From a virus (lineage: Duplodnaviria > Caudoviricetes): a stretch of DNA of 64,000 nucleotides. Positions 38,774 through 47,789 of the stretch are shown here, piece after piece. The notes below the pieces were generated by a model that saw only the letters and a list, made by a program, of their open reading frames with translations, made no database searches and was not told where the DNA came from. The DNA lies in IMG/VR virus record IMGVR_UViG_2974673715_000001, positions 1 to 64,000 of that record; one strand, 5' to 3'. The translations under genes were made by a program, and so were the position numbers. The stretch's first letter is position 1; every line of letters starts with the position of its first letter.

Positions 38774-39314
38774 TAATCAATTCTATTATCAATATAGAAT
38801 GCCTGACTTTGATATTCTTAAAGAAAGGTTAGATACAGTTGAAAAATTTGATGATTCAGATTTCACATGGGGAGACCTATGTAAGATTGAACGTGACTCA
38901 TACAATGTAAATGATTTCTTCGATATTCTAGTCAAACCTCTTGGTTTAATGTCTGGTGATCTTAATGTTAAATTCAATGCTAAATTTTTAAATCCTTGGT
39001 TGAACAGATATAATCGTGGTGGATTTCAAGAGATACATTATCATGATGATTGTGACATTGCAGGTGTGGTATTTTTAAATGATGGTGAAGATTTCTCAAA
39101 ATTTTATTTCTGGGACGCTCACCATACATCATTTACTAAACCTTGGATTAAGATACTCACTCAGATGAAGTTGTCTAACATATATTATCCAGAGGTGAAA
39201 GCGGGTGATGTTTTGTTATTTCCCTCACATATGTTACATGGTGTTTCCCCTCATAATTCTGATACGATTAGAAAGACATTTTCTTTTAATGTGGTAGTGA
39301 CAAATGTTGAATGA
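38757..39314 (+). CDS. Putative 2OG-Fe(II) oxygenase
   Basis: W.NRY..G.FQE.H.H, GD.LLFPS.M.HGV.P, R.T.SFN. Confidence 0.85.
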   Translation: MKQIFSNQFYYQYRMPDFDILKERLDTVEKFDDSDFTWGDLCKIERDSYNVNDFFDILVKPLGLMSGDLNVKFNAKFLNPWLNRYNRGGFQEIHYHDDCDIAGVVFLNDGEDFSKFYFWDAHHTSFTKPWIKILTQMKLSNIYYPEVKAGDVLLFPSHMLHGVSPHNSDTIRKTFSFNVVVTNVE

Positions 39315-39870
39315 AGTGTATCTAACTGATAATTTCTTGAGTGATGACATTTGTAATTGGTTCATGTCATTTCATCAAACTATGTTTCCTTTATATGGAT
39401 CAGAGTTTGAGAATAGAAGGATTATTAATTTAACAGAACTAACTCATGTTCTCTATAATAATAATCTACCTTATGATGTAACAGATTATCTAAAGATAGT
39501 CCAAGCAAACTTGACTACAGAGGTTAGGAAGTACGACCCTAAAGCATTTCCTAATTATATTCATTGCACAGAGTGGACAGCACCAATCTATCAACCAATA
39601 CACACAGATTTTGATGAACACGTCTGGACATCTATTCTATACTTGAATGATAACTTCACAGGTGGTAATACTATTATTGAAGGTGAAAAGATACCGCCAA
39701 AAAAAGGTGGTAATACTATTATTGAAGGTGAAAAGATACCGCCAAAAAAAGGAAGTGTTATCACCTTTAAAGGAGAGTTAAAACATGGAGTTGAAGAAGT
39801 CACAGAGGGTAATCGTTATACTATTTCGGTATGGTATAAAAATCACATAGGAGTAAACAAATACAGATGA
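39304..39870 (+). CDS. Prolyl 4-hydroxylase-like oxygenase with 15-aa internal duplication
   Basis: IHTD, SILYLND.F.GG, HGV.EV..G.RYT. Confidence 0.85.
   Translation: MLNEVYLTDNFLSDDICNWFMSFHQTMFPLYGSEFENRRIINLTELTHVLYNNNLPYDVTDYLKIVQANLTTEVRKYDPKAFPNYIHCTEWTAPIYQPIHTDFDEHVWTSILYLNDNFTGGNTIIEGEKIPPKKGGNTIIEGEKIPPKKGSVITFKGELKHGVEEVTEGNRYTISVWYKNHIGVNKYR
39661..39750 (+). repeat. Perfect 45-bp tandem duplication (in frame)
   Basis: ggtggtaatactattattgaaggtgaaaagataccgccaaaaaaa x2. Confidence 0.97.
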
Positions 39871-40478
39871 TAATAGATTTATTCCCAACATCAATTTACA
39901 TGGATAGTTTTGAATTATCCCCCGAAGATCATGCAAATTTATCTCAAGTAAAACTTAGTAGAAACAGAGATCAATGTGCATGGGTCAGTTCACATATACA
40001 TTTACTTGATTGGTATCAAAGTATTGAAGTTAAAGTAAGAAAGCACGTTGAACAGTACGTTTATAATGACATTGGTTTGAGTAGAGGATATAATATGCAA
40101 TGTCATGGTGCATGGTTGAACAGAAATGATAAAGGAGATTACACAGAGATACATCATCATTCTAATTCACTTATAAGTGGTGTATATTATTTGTCGGTCA
40201 ATGACCAACAAGGACGTATTCAATTCTATGATGATAAAGATGGATTGTTTGGTAGATATTTCACAGTATTAAATTACACTGAACCTAACAATAGAAATTC
40301 TCATAGAGCAAACGTAGAATGTAAGAATGGAACGATCGTGTTATTTCCCTCACGTCTGAAGCATAGCGTTGCACCCAATCTATTGGAAGAACCTAGATTC
40401 TCACTAGCATTTGATTACACACTAGAAGGTGTATTTGATGCAATGGTGAATAAGGTGAACTATGTGCCAGTTAAATGA
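39867..40478 (+). CDS. TIGR02466-like 2OG-Fe(II) oxygenase
   Basis: LFPT.I, W.N...GD....H.H.NS.ISGVYY, LFPS.L.HSV, R.SLAF. Confidence 0.88.
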   Translation: MIIDLFPTSIYMDSFELSPEDHANLSQVKLSRNRDQCAWVSSHIHLLDWYQSIEVKVRKHVEQYVYNDIGLSRGYNMQCHGAWLNRNDKGDYTEIHHHSNSLISGVYYLSVNDQQGRIQFYDDKDGLFGRYFTVLNYTEPNNRNSHRANVECKNGTIVLFPSRLKHSVAPNLLEEPRFSLAFDYTLEGVFDAMVNKVNYVPVK

Positions 40479-40520
40479 ACTGTCCACAGACTCGCCATTT
40501 CAAAAAAATTGTGTTATACT
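40463..40520 (+). promoter_or_regulatory. Palindrome-promoter element, copy 2 (variant)
   Basis: TGTGCCAGT-TAAATGA-ACTGTCCACA ... CCATT ... TGTTATACT. Confidence 0.7.
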
Positions 40521-40882
40521 AATAGGGTAACGCAAACAGAACAATGCCACATTTCACTCTCATCTGCACAGACGAAGATGAGACCCTCACAAAAAAAGAG
40601 TTTGATGCCGACATTCTTGATGATGTTGTCGATAAAACTGCCGACTTCCTACATGGAGTAGGTTATTGTTTCGAGGATCTTTCAACGCAAGTGTATCCAA
40701 CTCAGAAAACCTGATACATACTACAAGTAGTTTACTATTTTACACACTCAAAATGGGTAAGACATTTCGGCGAGGTGGTAGCGAACAAGGTTACTATTCT
40801 TATGGTAAATCAATCCGAGACAAGCGACAAACAAAAATGGTAATTAAGAAAATCGAACATGAAAACAAAAGGGAATTAAAAA

Positions 40883-41161
40883 ATGAAAGATCAAAACGCA
40901 ATACGTCTGAATGAAAGTTCTGATGTAAAATATCAGAGAGCATTAGACCTTTTTACCGAGTCAGTTATGAAACCAGACCCCGATTTGCGTGGGTGTGCCT
41001 ATAATCAGGATTGTTTCAATGAACTGATGGAGATAAGGGAACACGTTTTGAAATATCTTTCAACGTTGAAATCAACACAAAACTTTGAAAACCCAGATGA
41101 ATCCGATACAATAGAACAAGAGAAGTTGGAACACACTTCCCCTTTATCTAAATGGAGATAA
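40883..41161 (+). CDS. Conserved cyanophage hypothetical protein
   Basis: LDLFTESVMKPD..LR.CA.NQ.C..ELM.IR..VL.YL. Confidence 0.65.
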   Translation: MKDQNAIRLNESSDVKYQRALDLFTESVMKPDPDLRGCAYNQDCFNELMEIREHVLKYLSTLKSTQNFENPDESDTIEQEKLEHTSPLSKWR

Positions 41162-41353
41162 ATGTATCTTAAATCTGCTATATTAACTAAAATGCAAAAA
41201 GAACTATTGAAAGATGCTCTATTGGCATACGTTTCAAATTTACAGAAACGATACTATGGGGATAAAATCATTGATGAATCTCTTTATCTAAGTAAGATGA
41301 AAGAAATTCAGAATATTGTTGATGAACTACATTTACAGGAGTTATACACATAA
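41162..41353 (+). CDS. Hypothetical protein
   Basis: Abutting ORF in the same operon. Confidence 0.5.
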   Translation: MYLKSAILTKMQKELLKDALLAYVSNLQKRYYGDKIIDESLYLSKMKEIQNIVDELHLQELYT

Positions 41354-41526
41354 TGTTTCGTAAAGAAATTAAACTATTGAAGCACGCTATCAAGAAAGGT
41401 CAGGAAGACCCATTTCTATACAGCGAAGAGGAGTTTCATAAACTCAAGAAGAAACTTAGGCAACTCAGGGAGTGGAAGAGATCGACTATTATAGCACAGA
41501 AGGGTGGATTTGGATACGAAGTGTGA
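41353..41526 (+). CDS. Hypothetical protein (57 aa, not in ORF track)
   Basis: MFRKEIKLLKHAIKK...KGGFGYEV*; stop lies in palindrome copy 3. Confidence 0.55.
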   Translation: MFRKEIKLLKHAIKKGQEDPFLYSEEEFHKLKKKLRQLREWKRSTIIAQKGGFGYEV

Positions 41527-41580
41527 CAGTTAAGTTAGTGTCACAACCCTATTGACATTACTTGTAATATCGTTTATATT
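41522..41580 (+). promoter_or_regulatory. Palindrome-promoter element, copy 3
   Basis: TGTGACAGT-TAAGTT-AGTGTCACA; TTGACA-17-TATATT. Confidence 0.85.
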
Positions 41581-41586
41581 AAGAAT

Positions 41587-41679
41587 GTCGAAACAAACCA
41601 ACGTAAAACTTTCAAGGTAACGGATACCCAGAGGAATACGTTTTTAAGTCGAACTTAAGTAGTTGAGTTTTGTTTCGAC
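41587..41679 (+). ncRNA. Candidate structured RNA (sRNA or 5' leader)
   Basis: 11-bp closing stem GTCGAAACAAA/TTTGTTTCGAC plus internal hairpins; begins at the predicted TSS. Confidence 0.6.
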
Positions 41680-41698
41680 CCACCTATTATTTTTTGAC

Positions 41699-42304
41699 AT
41701 GGAAGTCCAAGCACATGGTAACAAATTTGAAGACATTGTAACTCGTGAGAGAACTGGTCTATCAAAGAAAGAATATGATGCTCTAAAGAAGAATGGTTAT
41801 ACCTCATCATTTGATTTATCAAAAGGTCTTAAGGTAGAGTATGATGCTAGTATTAAAACTACTGGCAACAATACTATTTGCTGTTCTGATATTCTCAGAA
41901 TGATGAGACATAATGATTATAGACTAATTGTTGGGTGCTACGATCAAGTAGGAGATCAAAAAATATTTCACACACAATATGAGTTTTTTATTCAACCAAA
42001 AGACTACCTAACTTTATGGGGAGACATGGATTTTCAAAGAGTAGAATTCTTTGTAAACTATGTTAAGAGTATTCCACAGGGAGCAAAAGCAAGAGACGAT
42101 TCTAAATTAGTTAGAGATAATTTGCAAGAAAGTGTATCATGCGATAAAGCATTATATACTATCAATCCAAAGGTAGATAGTAAGAAACAAAGAAGAGTTC
42201 AATGCTCATTAAAACTTGACGAACTAATTGCAAGTGGTGTAGAATATGAAAAGAAAGATATATCTTTAATCCTAGAATCTAAAAAACGTACGTTTAATAA
42301 ATGA
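41699..42304 (+). CDS. Putative PD-(D/E)xK-like endonuclease
   Basis: HG..FE ... FD ... SIK arrangement; ATGA overlap with the downstream MTase. Confidence 0.5.
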   Translation: MEVQAHGNKFEDIVTRERTGLSKKEYDALKKNGYTSSFDLSKGLKVEYDASIKTTGNNTICCSDILRMMRHNDYRLIVGCYDQVGDQKIFHTQYEFFIQPKDYLTLWGDMDFQRVEFFVNYVKSIPQGAKARDDSKLVRDNLQESVSCDKALYTINPKVDSKKQRRVQCSLKLDELIASGVEYEKKDISLILESKKRTFNK

Positions 42305-42801
42305 GAGCATTTTGCCCACCAAAAAATACACCTGAGAAAGATATAGTGATGACCCCAGAGTATCTTGCTAAGGAGATCATTAATCATTTCAATCCTACTG
42401 GTAGAATTCTTGACCCTAGTAGAGGAGAAGGTGCATTTTATGATAATTATGATACGGATAATAAAGATTGGTGTGAACTAGGAGAGGGAAGAGATTTCTT
42501 ACAATATCAAAAGAAAGTTGATTGGATTATTACTAATCCGCCTTGGTCTATGATGCAACAATTTTTAGTGCATGGCATGGAAGTGGCGGACAATATTGTA
42601 TATTTAACAACGATCAATCATTATACTACTAAACGTAGAATAAGAGATATGAGAGAATATAACTTTGCAATTAAAGAGATATATAATGTTCCCACACCTA
42701 CAAAACCTTGGCCACAACTAGGGTTTCAACTAGCTGCTGTTCATACACAGAGAGATTATAAAGGAAATATTAAGTTTTCTTATTCCCCTGATCTTTCCTG
42801 A
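42301..42801 (+). CDS. Minimal amino-DNA methyltransferase (N6-adenine type)
   Basis: Motif I ILDPSRGEGAF then motif IV ITNPPW. Confidence 0.85.
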   Translation: MRAFCPPKNTPEKDIVMTPEYLAKEIINHFNPTGRILDPSRGEGAFYDNYDTDNKDWCELGEGRDFLQYQKKVDWIITNPPWSMMQQFLVHGMEVADNIVYLTTINHYTTKRRIRDMREYNFAIKEIYNVPTPTKPWPQLGFQLAAVHTQRDYKGNIKFSYSPDLS

Positions 42802-42878
42802 TATAATATGACTACATACTTGTGTCAATCCTACGATTGATATTTACCGCCTAATTAGGGCATTACAGATTAACTATT

Positions 42879-44009
42879 ATGAATAGAAACCAGAGACGTA
42901 AGCAACGTGTAGATGTTGCTGATTTATTTTATCTTGAGAAAATTATTTCAATAGATGAGTGGCATGACGAGTGGGAAGTTTGCCCAATACAAAGAGACCA
43001 CGAAGAGAGAGCAAGAAAACCTAAGCACAGAAATAAGTTTTCTACACTAGAATCATCACACTTAGAAGTAGATGGTGCAGTATTAACAAAAGATTGTTAC
43101 GACCCAGAGACGAAAAAGACATACAAAGCAGGAACTAGATTTAAAACTAACGGACATACTAGAGACGCACACTGGTGGTCAGATGATACTGACGATTGGC
43201 AACCCTCACACGTTCGTGTAAAGTATAAAGAACACGAAACAATTAAATCCATATACAAAGAATACTTAATGCACGACAACCCAGATGACGCAGAAATTGC
43301 ATCTGATAGGGTAGATGGTGCGTATCGTGCTGTATTTGGAGAGAGGAATATTGTAATTAAAGATGGTAAGTTGCGTAAAGTTGAACCATTACAACACGCA
43401 GCTTTACTATGTTTTTCTAACAAGTATAACGTCAAGATGAAAACAAATACTGTTAACATCAAGATGTGGGTTAGTGATATTGAAGACGCTGTTTTATGGG
43501 TTCGTAAAGTATATCTTGATTCTGAATTTAATAGTTGGAAGCAAACAACTCTACCACACTATAACCCATTTACTTGGGCATATCTTGTTTCTTATATGAA
43601 GTATAAGGAAGTTCCAGAAGCACTAGAAAAACTAAAGGAATTGATATTCAGAGTATCTAATTATGAAGTGGTAGTTGACCCCTCAAATGGACGTGAAGAT
43701 AGATTTAGTCCTCTAAATGTATTATTGAGAGAGTGGCAACAACTCAAAGCAGGTACGTCAAGGTATGTTCAGACCTCAGCAATGAACGGAAGTTATCCCT
43801 CTAACAATATGAAATCATTTACACTATTGTGTATTGATAAATTTATTGAAGGTAAGTATCTTAGTAAAGATGGTAGCATGAGAGGTGTTAACTGGAAAGC
43901 ATACTTAGAAGAGTGGGAACTTGCTTGGAAAGTAGCACATGGTATGACAGCACCTCACGTTGAGTATGCGACATTACCAATAGAGATGTTCCCCGAAGAC
44001 GAAGACTAG
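42879..44009 (+). CDS. Hypothetical protein with ParB/DGQHR-like N-terminal domain
   Basis: PIQRD and NGHTR motifs, later Y..HDN; TGnTATAAT at 42799-42807. Confidence 0.45.
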   Translation: MNRNQRRKQRVDVADLFYLEKIISIDEWHDEWEVCPIQRDHEERARKPKHRNKFSTLESSHLEVDGAVLTKDCYDPETKKTYKAGTRFKTNGHTRDAHWWSDDTDDWQPSHVRVKYKEHETIKSIYKEYLMHDNPDDAEIASDRVDGAYRAVFGERNIVIKDGKLRKVEPLQHAALLCFSNKYNVKMKTNTVNIKMWVSDIEDAVLWVRKVYLDSEFNSWKQTTLPHYNPFTWAYLVSYMKYKEVPEALEKLKELIFRVSNYEVVVDPSNGREDRFSPLNVLLREWQQLKAGTSRYVQTSAMNGSYPSNNMKSFTLLCIDKFIEGKYLSKDGSMRGVNWKAYLEEWELAWKVAHGMTAPHVEYATLPIEMFPEDED

Positions 44010-44064
44010 ACCAGTTAGGATAGTGTCACAACCCCTCGACAGAGGGGTTTTTTTATGCTATACT
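44007..44064 (+). promoter_or_regulatory. Palindrome-promoter element, copy 4, with embedded terminator
   Basis: TAGACCAGT-TAGGAT-AGTGTCACA; TCGACA-17-TATACT. Confidence 0.75.
44030..44054 (+). terminator. Rho-independent terminator
   Basis: AACCCCTC-GACA-GAGGGGTT followed by T run. Confidence 0.8.
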
Positions 44065-44084
44065 GATTGTATTGAAAGGTTATT

Positions 44085-45341
44085 ATGCAACTACGTCCAC
44101 ACCAAACAAGAGCATTCAACTCTATGCAAGAGAGTAACAAGGGTCAAATCATTGTTCCTACTGGTGGTGGTAAAACATACATCATGATTGCTGATACTCT
44201 TAAGAGATTCAAGTTACCAGTTGCACAGACTACAGTTGTAGTTGCACCTCGTATCTTACTTGCTAATCAATTGTGTGCAGAGTTCCTAGAGCATAATCTA
44301 GATGGATATTATAATCAAGGTGTTGATGTTGCTCATGTTCACTCAGGAGAGACTCATCACTTCAGCACAACAAATCAATTTGAATTAAATACTTGGGTCA
44401 ACAACAGCAAAAAGCACATTTTGATATTTACCACATATCATTCACTTCAAAAGGTCGTCAATGCAGTTGATGTAGAAGTTGATACTATTTACTTTGATGA
44501 AGCACATAATGGTTGTGGTAAGCACTTCCATATTGCTCTATCTCAAATAGTCCAGTATGCAAAGAGGAGTTATTTCTTTACAGCAACACCTCGCATGGGT
44601 CGTGGTGTATCACTTGACAGAGGTATGAACAACACCGCAGTATATGGTGGTGTATTGGAGAATGTTCCCGCACAGGAACTTATCAAGTCAGGTGCTATTG
44701 TTCCCCCTAAGATTGTTCCCTTTGAGACTCGTAACTCAACCCCTCGTGACAAGTATAATGCTCATGAGATTGATGCTGATAACCTCAGAGATATTATCGA
44801 TACATTTGATGATAGTCAGAACAACAAGATTCTAGTTGCAGCACCTAGTTCAAGAGTCTTGGGTAATATGCTCGGACATACTACTATTCTTGAGTATTTC
44901 AAGGACAATGGATATGACGTTATGCACATCACATCAAAGTTTGGTGCTATCATCAATGGCACAAAAGTTGGTAGAGAAGAGTTTTTTGACACACTCACAA
45001 AGTGGGGTCAGGACGATAGCAAAAGATTTGTTATTTTCCACTATTCAATACTATCTGAAGGTATCAATGTTCCAGGTTTGACTCATACAGTTTTGTTGAG
45101 AAACCTACCTATCATTGAAATGGCACAGACTATTGGTCGTGTCATTCGAGTTCATTCTGATGATCGTAAATCAGTTGCTGATGGTCTCATTCCTGCAGGT
45201 GCATTTCACTTATACAAAAAACAATTTGGACAAGTAAGTGTTCCTACTGGACAAAAACGTGGAGACGCAATTGGTAAAAGATTGCAGAATGTAGTCAATC
45301 AAATTTTTGTTGATGGTGTTCCCCCTATCGCTTATTGCTAA
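44085..45341 (+). CDS. SF2 DEAH-box helicase (Res-like)
   Basis: LRPHQ, PTGGGKT, DEAH, TATP, LSEGINVP, QTIGRVIR. Confidence 0.92.
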   Translation: MQLRPHQTRAFNSMQESNKGQIIVPTGGGKTYIMIADTLKRFKLPVAQTTVVVAPRILLANQLCAEFLEHNLDGYYNQGVDVAHVHSGETHHFSTTNQFELNTWVNNSKKHILIFTTYHSLQKVVNAVDVEVDTIYFDEAHNGCGKHFHIALSQIVQYAKRSYFFTATPRMGRGVSLDRGMNNTAVYGGVLENVPAQELIKSGAIVPPKIVPFETRNSTPRDKYNAHEIDADNLRDIIDTFDDSQNNKILVAAPSSRVLGNMLGHTTILEYFKDNGYDVMHITSKFGAIINGTKVGREEFFDTLTKWGQDDSKRFVIFHYSILSEGINVPGLTHTVLLRNLPIIEMAQTIGRVIRVHSDDRKSVADGLIPAGAFHLYKKQFGQVSVPTGQKRGDAIGKRLQNVVNQIFVDGVPPIAYC

Positions 45342-46294
45342 TGAAATTAAGACCACAAAAAGATACAATTTTATATGGGGATTGTAGGAATACAATTCCC
45401 ACTATACATGAGAGAGTCCAGATGTGTGTAACTTCCCCCCCTTATTATGGACTAAGGGATTATGGTGGAGAGTCGTCACAAATAGGACAAGAACAAACAC
45501 CCGAAGAATATATTGAAGAACTTGTAAAAGTATTCAGAGAAGTTAAGAATGTTTTGGCAGATGATGGAACTTTATGGTTAAACATAGGGGATAGTTATTA
45601 TAACTATAGACCTGGAAAAGGTCAATCATATCCTAAACAAACAGTATCTAAAACTAAACAAGATTTACCTGATAAATGTAACAAACGAGGTAACAAATTA
45701 GAAGGATTAAAAGAGAAAGACCTTATTGGTATTCCTTGGTTGTTAGCGTTTGCATTACGCAAAGATGGGTGGTATTTAAGACAGGATATTATTTGGCATA
45801 AACCTAATCCAATGCCAGAAAGTGTAAAAGATAGATGCACAAAAGCACATGAATATATTTTCTTATTCTCTAAGAACAAGAAATATTATTATGACAATGA
45901 AGCAATTAAAGAACCTGCAAAAGATTGGGGAACTAGAGATAGAACTAAAGGAAAGTATCATAATAAAGGAACTGGATTAAGTCCTCATACTGGACTCAAT
46001 AAGAGTTATCCTACAAAGAATAAAAGATCAGTATGGTCAGTAACTAATAAACCATATAAGGGAACTCACTTTGCAGTATTTCCCCCTGACTTAATTGAAC
46101 CTTGTATCCTAGCAGGGAGTAAGAAAGGAGATTTAATTCTTGACCCATTTATGGGTAGTGGCACAACAGCAATGGTATCTAAACAATTAGATAGGCATTA
46201 TATTGGTTGTGAATTGCATGAAGAATATAAATCGCTGATAGATTCAAGATTACCAAACACAGCACTTACTGACTTGATGGAATGTGACAGTTAA
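45341..46294 (+). CDS. Beta-class amino-DNA methyltransferase (N4C/N6A)
   Basis: Motif IV TSPPY N-terminal; HFAVFP; motif I DPFMGSGTT; TAATG overlap with the helicase. Confidence 0.93.
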   Translation: MKLRPQKDTILYGDCRNTIPTIHERVQMCVTSPPYYGLRDYGGESSQIGQEQTPEEYIEELVKVFREVKNVLADDGTLWLNIGDSYYNYRPGKGQSYPKQTVSKTKQDLPDKCNKRGNKLEGLKEKDLIGIPWLLAFALRKDGWYLRQDIIWHKPNPMPESVKDRCTKAHEYIFLFSKNKKYYYDNEAIKEPAKDWGTRDRTKGKYHNKGTGLSPHTGLNKSYPTKNKRSVWSVTNKPYKGTHFAVFPPDLIEPCILAGSKKGDLILDPFMGSGTTAMVSKQLDRHYIGCELHEEYKSLIDSRLPNTALTDLMECDS

Positions 46295-46341
46295 CGTACT
46301 GCACACTATCAGTTGCATATGACCCTATAGTCACTTATAGT
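46283..46341 (+). promoter_or_regulatory. Palindrome-promoter element, copy 5
   Basis: TGTGACAGT-TAACGT-ACTGCACAC; TTGCAT-17-TATAGT. Confidence 0.75.
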
Positions 46342-46365
46342 ATATTCATACAACAGATTTTTATT

Positions 46366-46776
46366 ATGTCAACAAATGCAAGAATCGCACTCAAACTTTC
46401 CGATAAAACTTTTGTTTCAGTTTATCATCATTGGGACGGTTATCCTGAGTGGTTGGGTGTAGTCCTAACTGAACAGTATAACAAACTAGAGTCTGTTATT
46501 GAACTTCTCTCAGGTGGAGACATGAGTTCATGTTGGTCAGATAATGAGTATGATTTCGAGAAAAAGGAATTTGTAAAACGTGACCCTAAACCTACTTACT
46601 ACTCAGAGAGAGGAGAGTCAGCACCCCCTAGAATCGCACACTCAATTACAGAGTTCCTAGATCATTGTGACCAGTGTGGTGGAGAATTCGGTTATGTCTA
46701 TGATAAGGGAGAGTGGTTCGCTTATGAGACTACAGACCGCACTCTAGTTGACATTCCACAGGAGATAGAAGAATGA
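46366..46776 (+). CDS. Conserved phage hypothetical protein
   Basis: MST.ARI, SVYHHWDGYP..LG, GGDMS, EFGY. Confidence 0.7.
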   Translation: MSTNARIALKLSDKTFVSVYHHWDGYPEWLGVVLTEQYNKLESVIELLSGGDMSSCWSDNEYDFEKKEFVKRDPKPTYYSERGESAPPRIAHSITEFLDHCDQCGGEFGYVYDKGEWFAYETTDRTLVDIPQEIEE

Positions 46777-47113
46777 AGTTTATAGTAAAAGACATTGAAC
46801 TCTATTTAAGTGAAGTTGGAGACGGAGACCCCGATTTACAATTCACAGATCAAGAAGAGTATGTAATGCACCAAAGATGTCTAGGTAGATGGACAGCAAG
46901 AAATGAAAAACATTTAAAAGAAAGGATTTTTGATTTCATAGGTTATCATGTAGAGTTTATTGACTACGAGGTAAAAGCATGAAAACCTACCCACTTCCGA
47001 AGGTGCTACAGAGACATGGTATTGAAATCATGTTGATGAATGAACAGCAAAGAAAAATCTGGATAGAGGACGTTAAAAAGATACACCCAGATTTTCCGTT
47101 TGACAGCATGGTG

Positions 47114-47172
47114 TATGACACTCACACTAGTGGCACATAGTTCCCCCATTCCCCTCTATCATACCCTATACT
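47114..47172 (+). promoter_or_regulatory. Palindrome-promoter element, copy 6
   Basis: TATGACACT-CACACT-AGTGGCACA ... CCCATT ... TATACT. Confidence 0.8.
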
Positions 47173-47730
47173 AAGAATAGTTAAAGAAACAAATGCAAAC
47201 CATTCCATTCTACGACTTCCCAAAATCCCCTATTCTCATTCTAGGGTTTTTTGGAATTGTAGTCGCACTCGTCACACTTTACGTTGTTAATGTAAAGTAT
47301 TTCAATAGTCCATTCAACGAGGATAACAACTAATGCTAGATTTTTTATCAGATGTCTTAGAGGATTTTTGCTCTAAGAATAATCTACCACTCATGAGTGC
47401 AGATGACCTATTATATGCACCTGCATGGTCAGAAATCAATCTTTCTCAACCTCAAAAAAATTGGTTAACCAATTATATTGAAGTGTGGGATATTATCCAA
47501 GAAAATTCTTAAGGAGAACTTTATCATGACAACTCAAGAACGTGACAATGCAATTACTCAAATGTCTAAGCACTTGTTTAGTGTGATGCAGACCAGAGTC
47601 AAAGAGGACAGGCATCTAGATGCCCTATCAATTTGCGAGGAGTGGGTAGTAAATGGCAAAGACCCTCAGGACGAGGATACAGAGTTCATTTTTATTCCTA
47701 ACACAACTTTTGGCGATTGGACATGGGAGG

Positions 47731-47789
47731 TGTGACAGTACGTTTAGTGTCACATAGTTTCCCTATTCATATCCATTACTCACTATAAT
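47731..47789 (+). promoter_or_regulatory. Palindrome-promoter element, copy 7
   Basis: TGTGACAGT-ACGTTT-AGTGTCACA ... CCTATT ... TATAAT. Confidence 0.85.
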
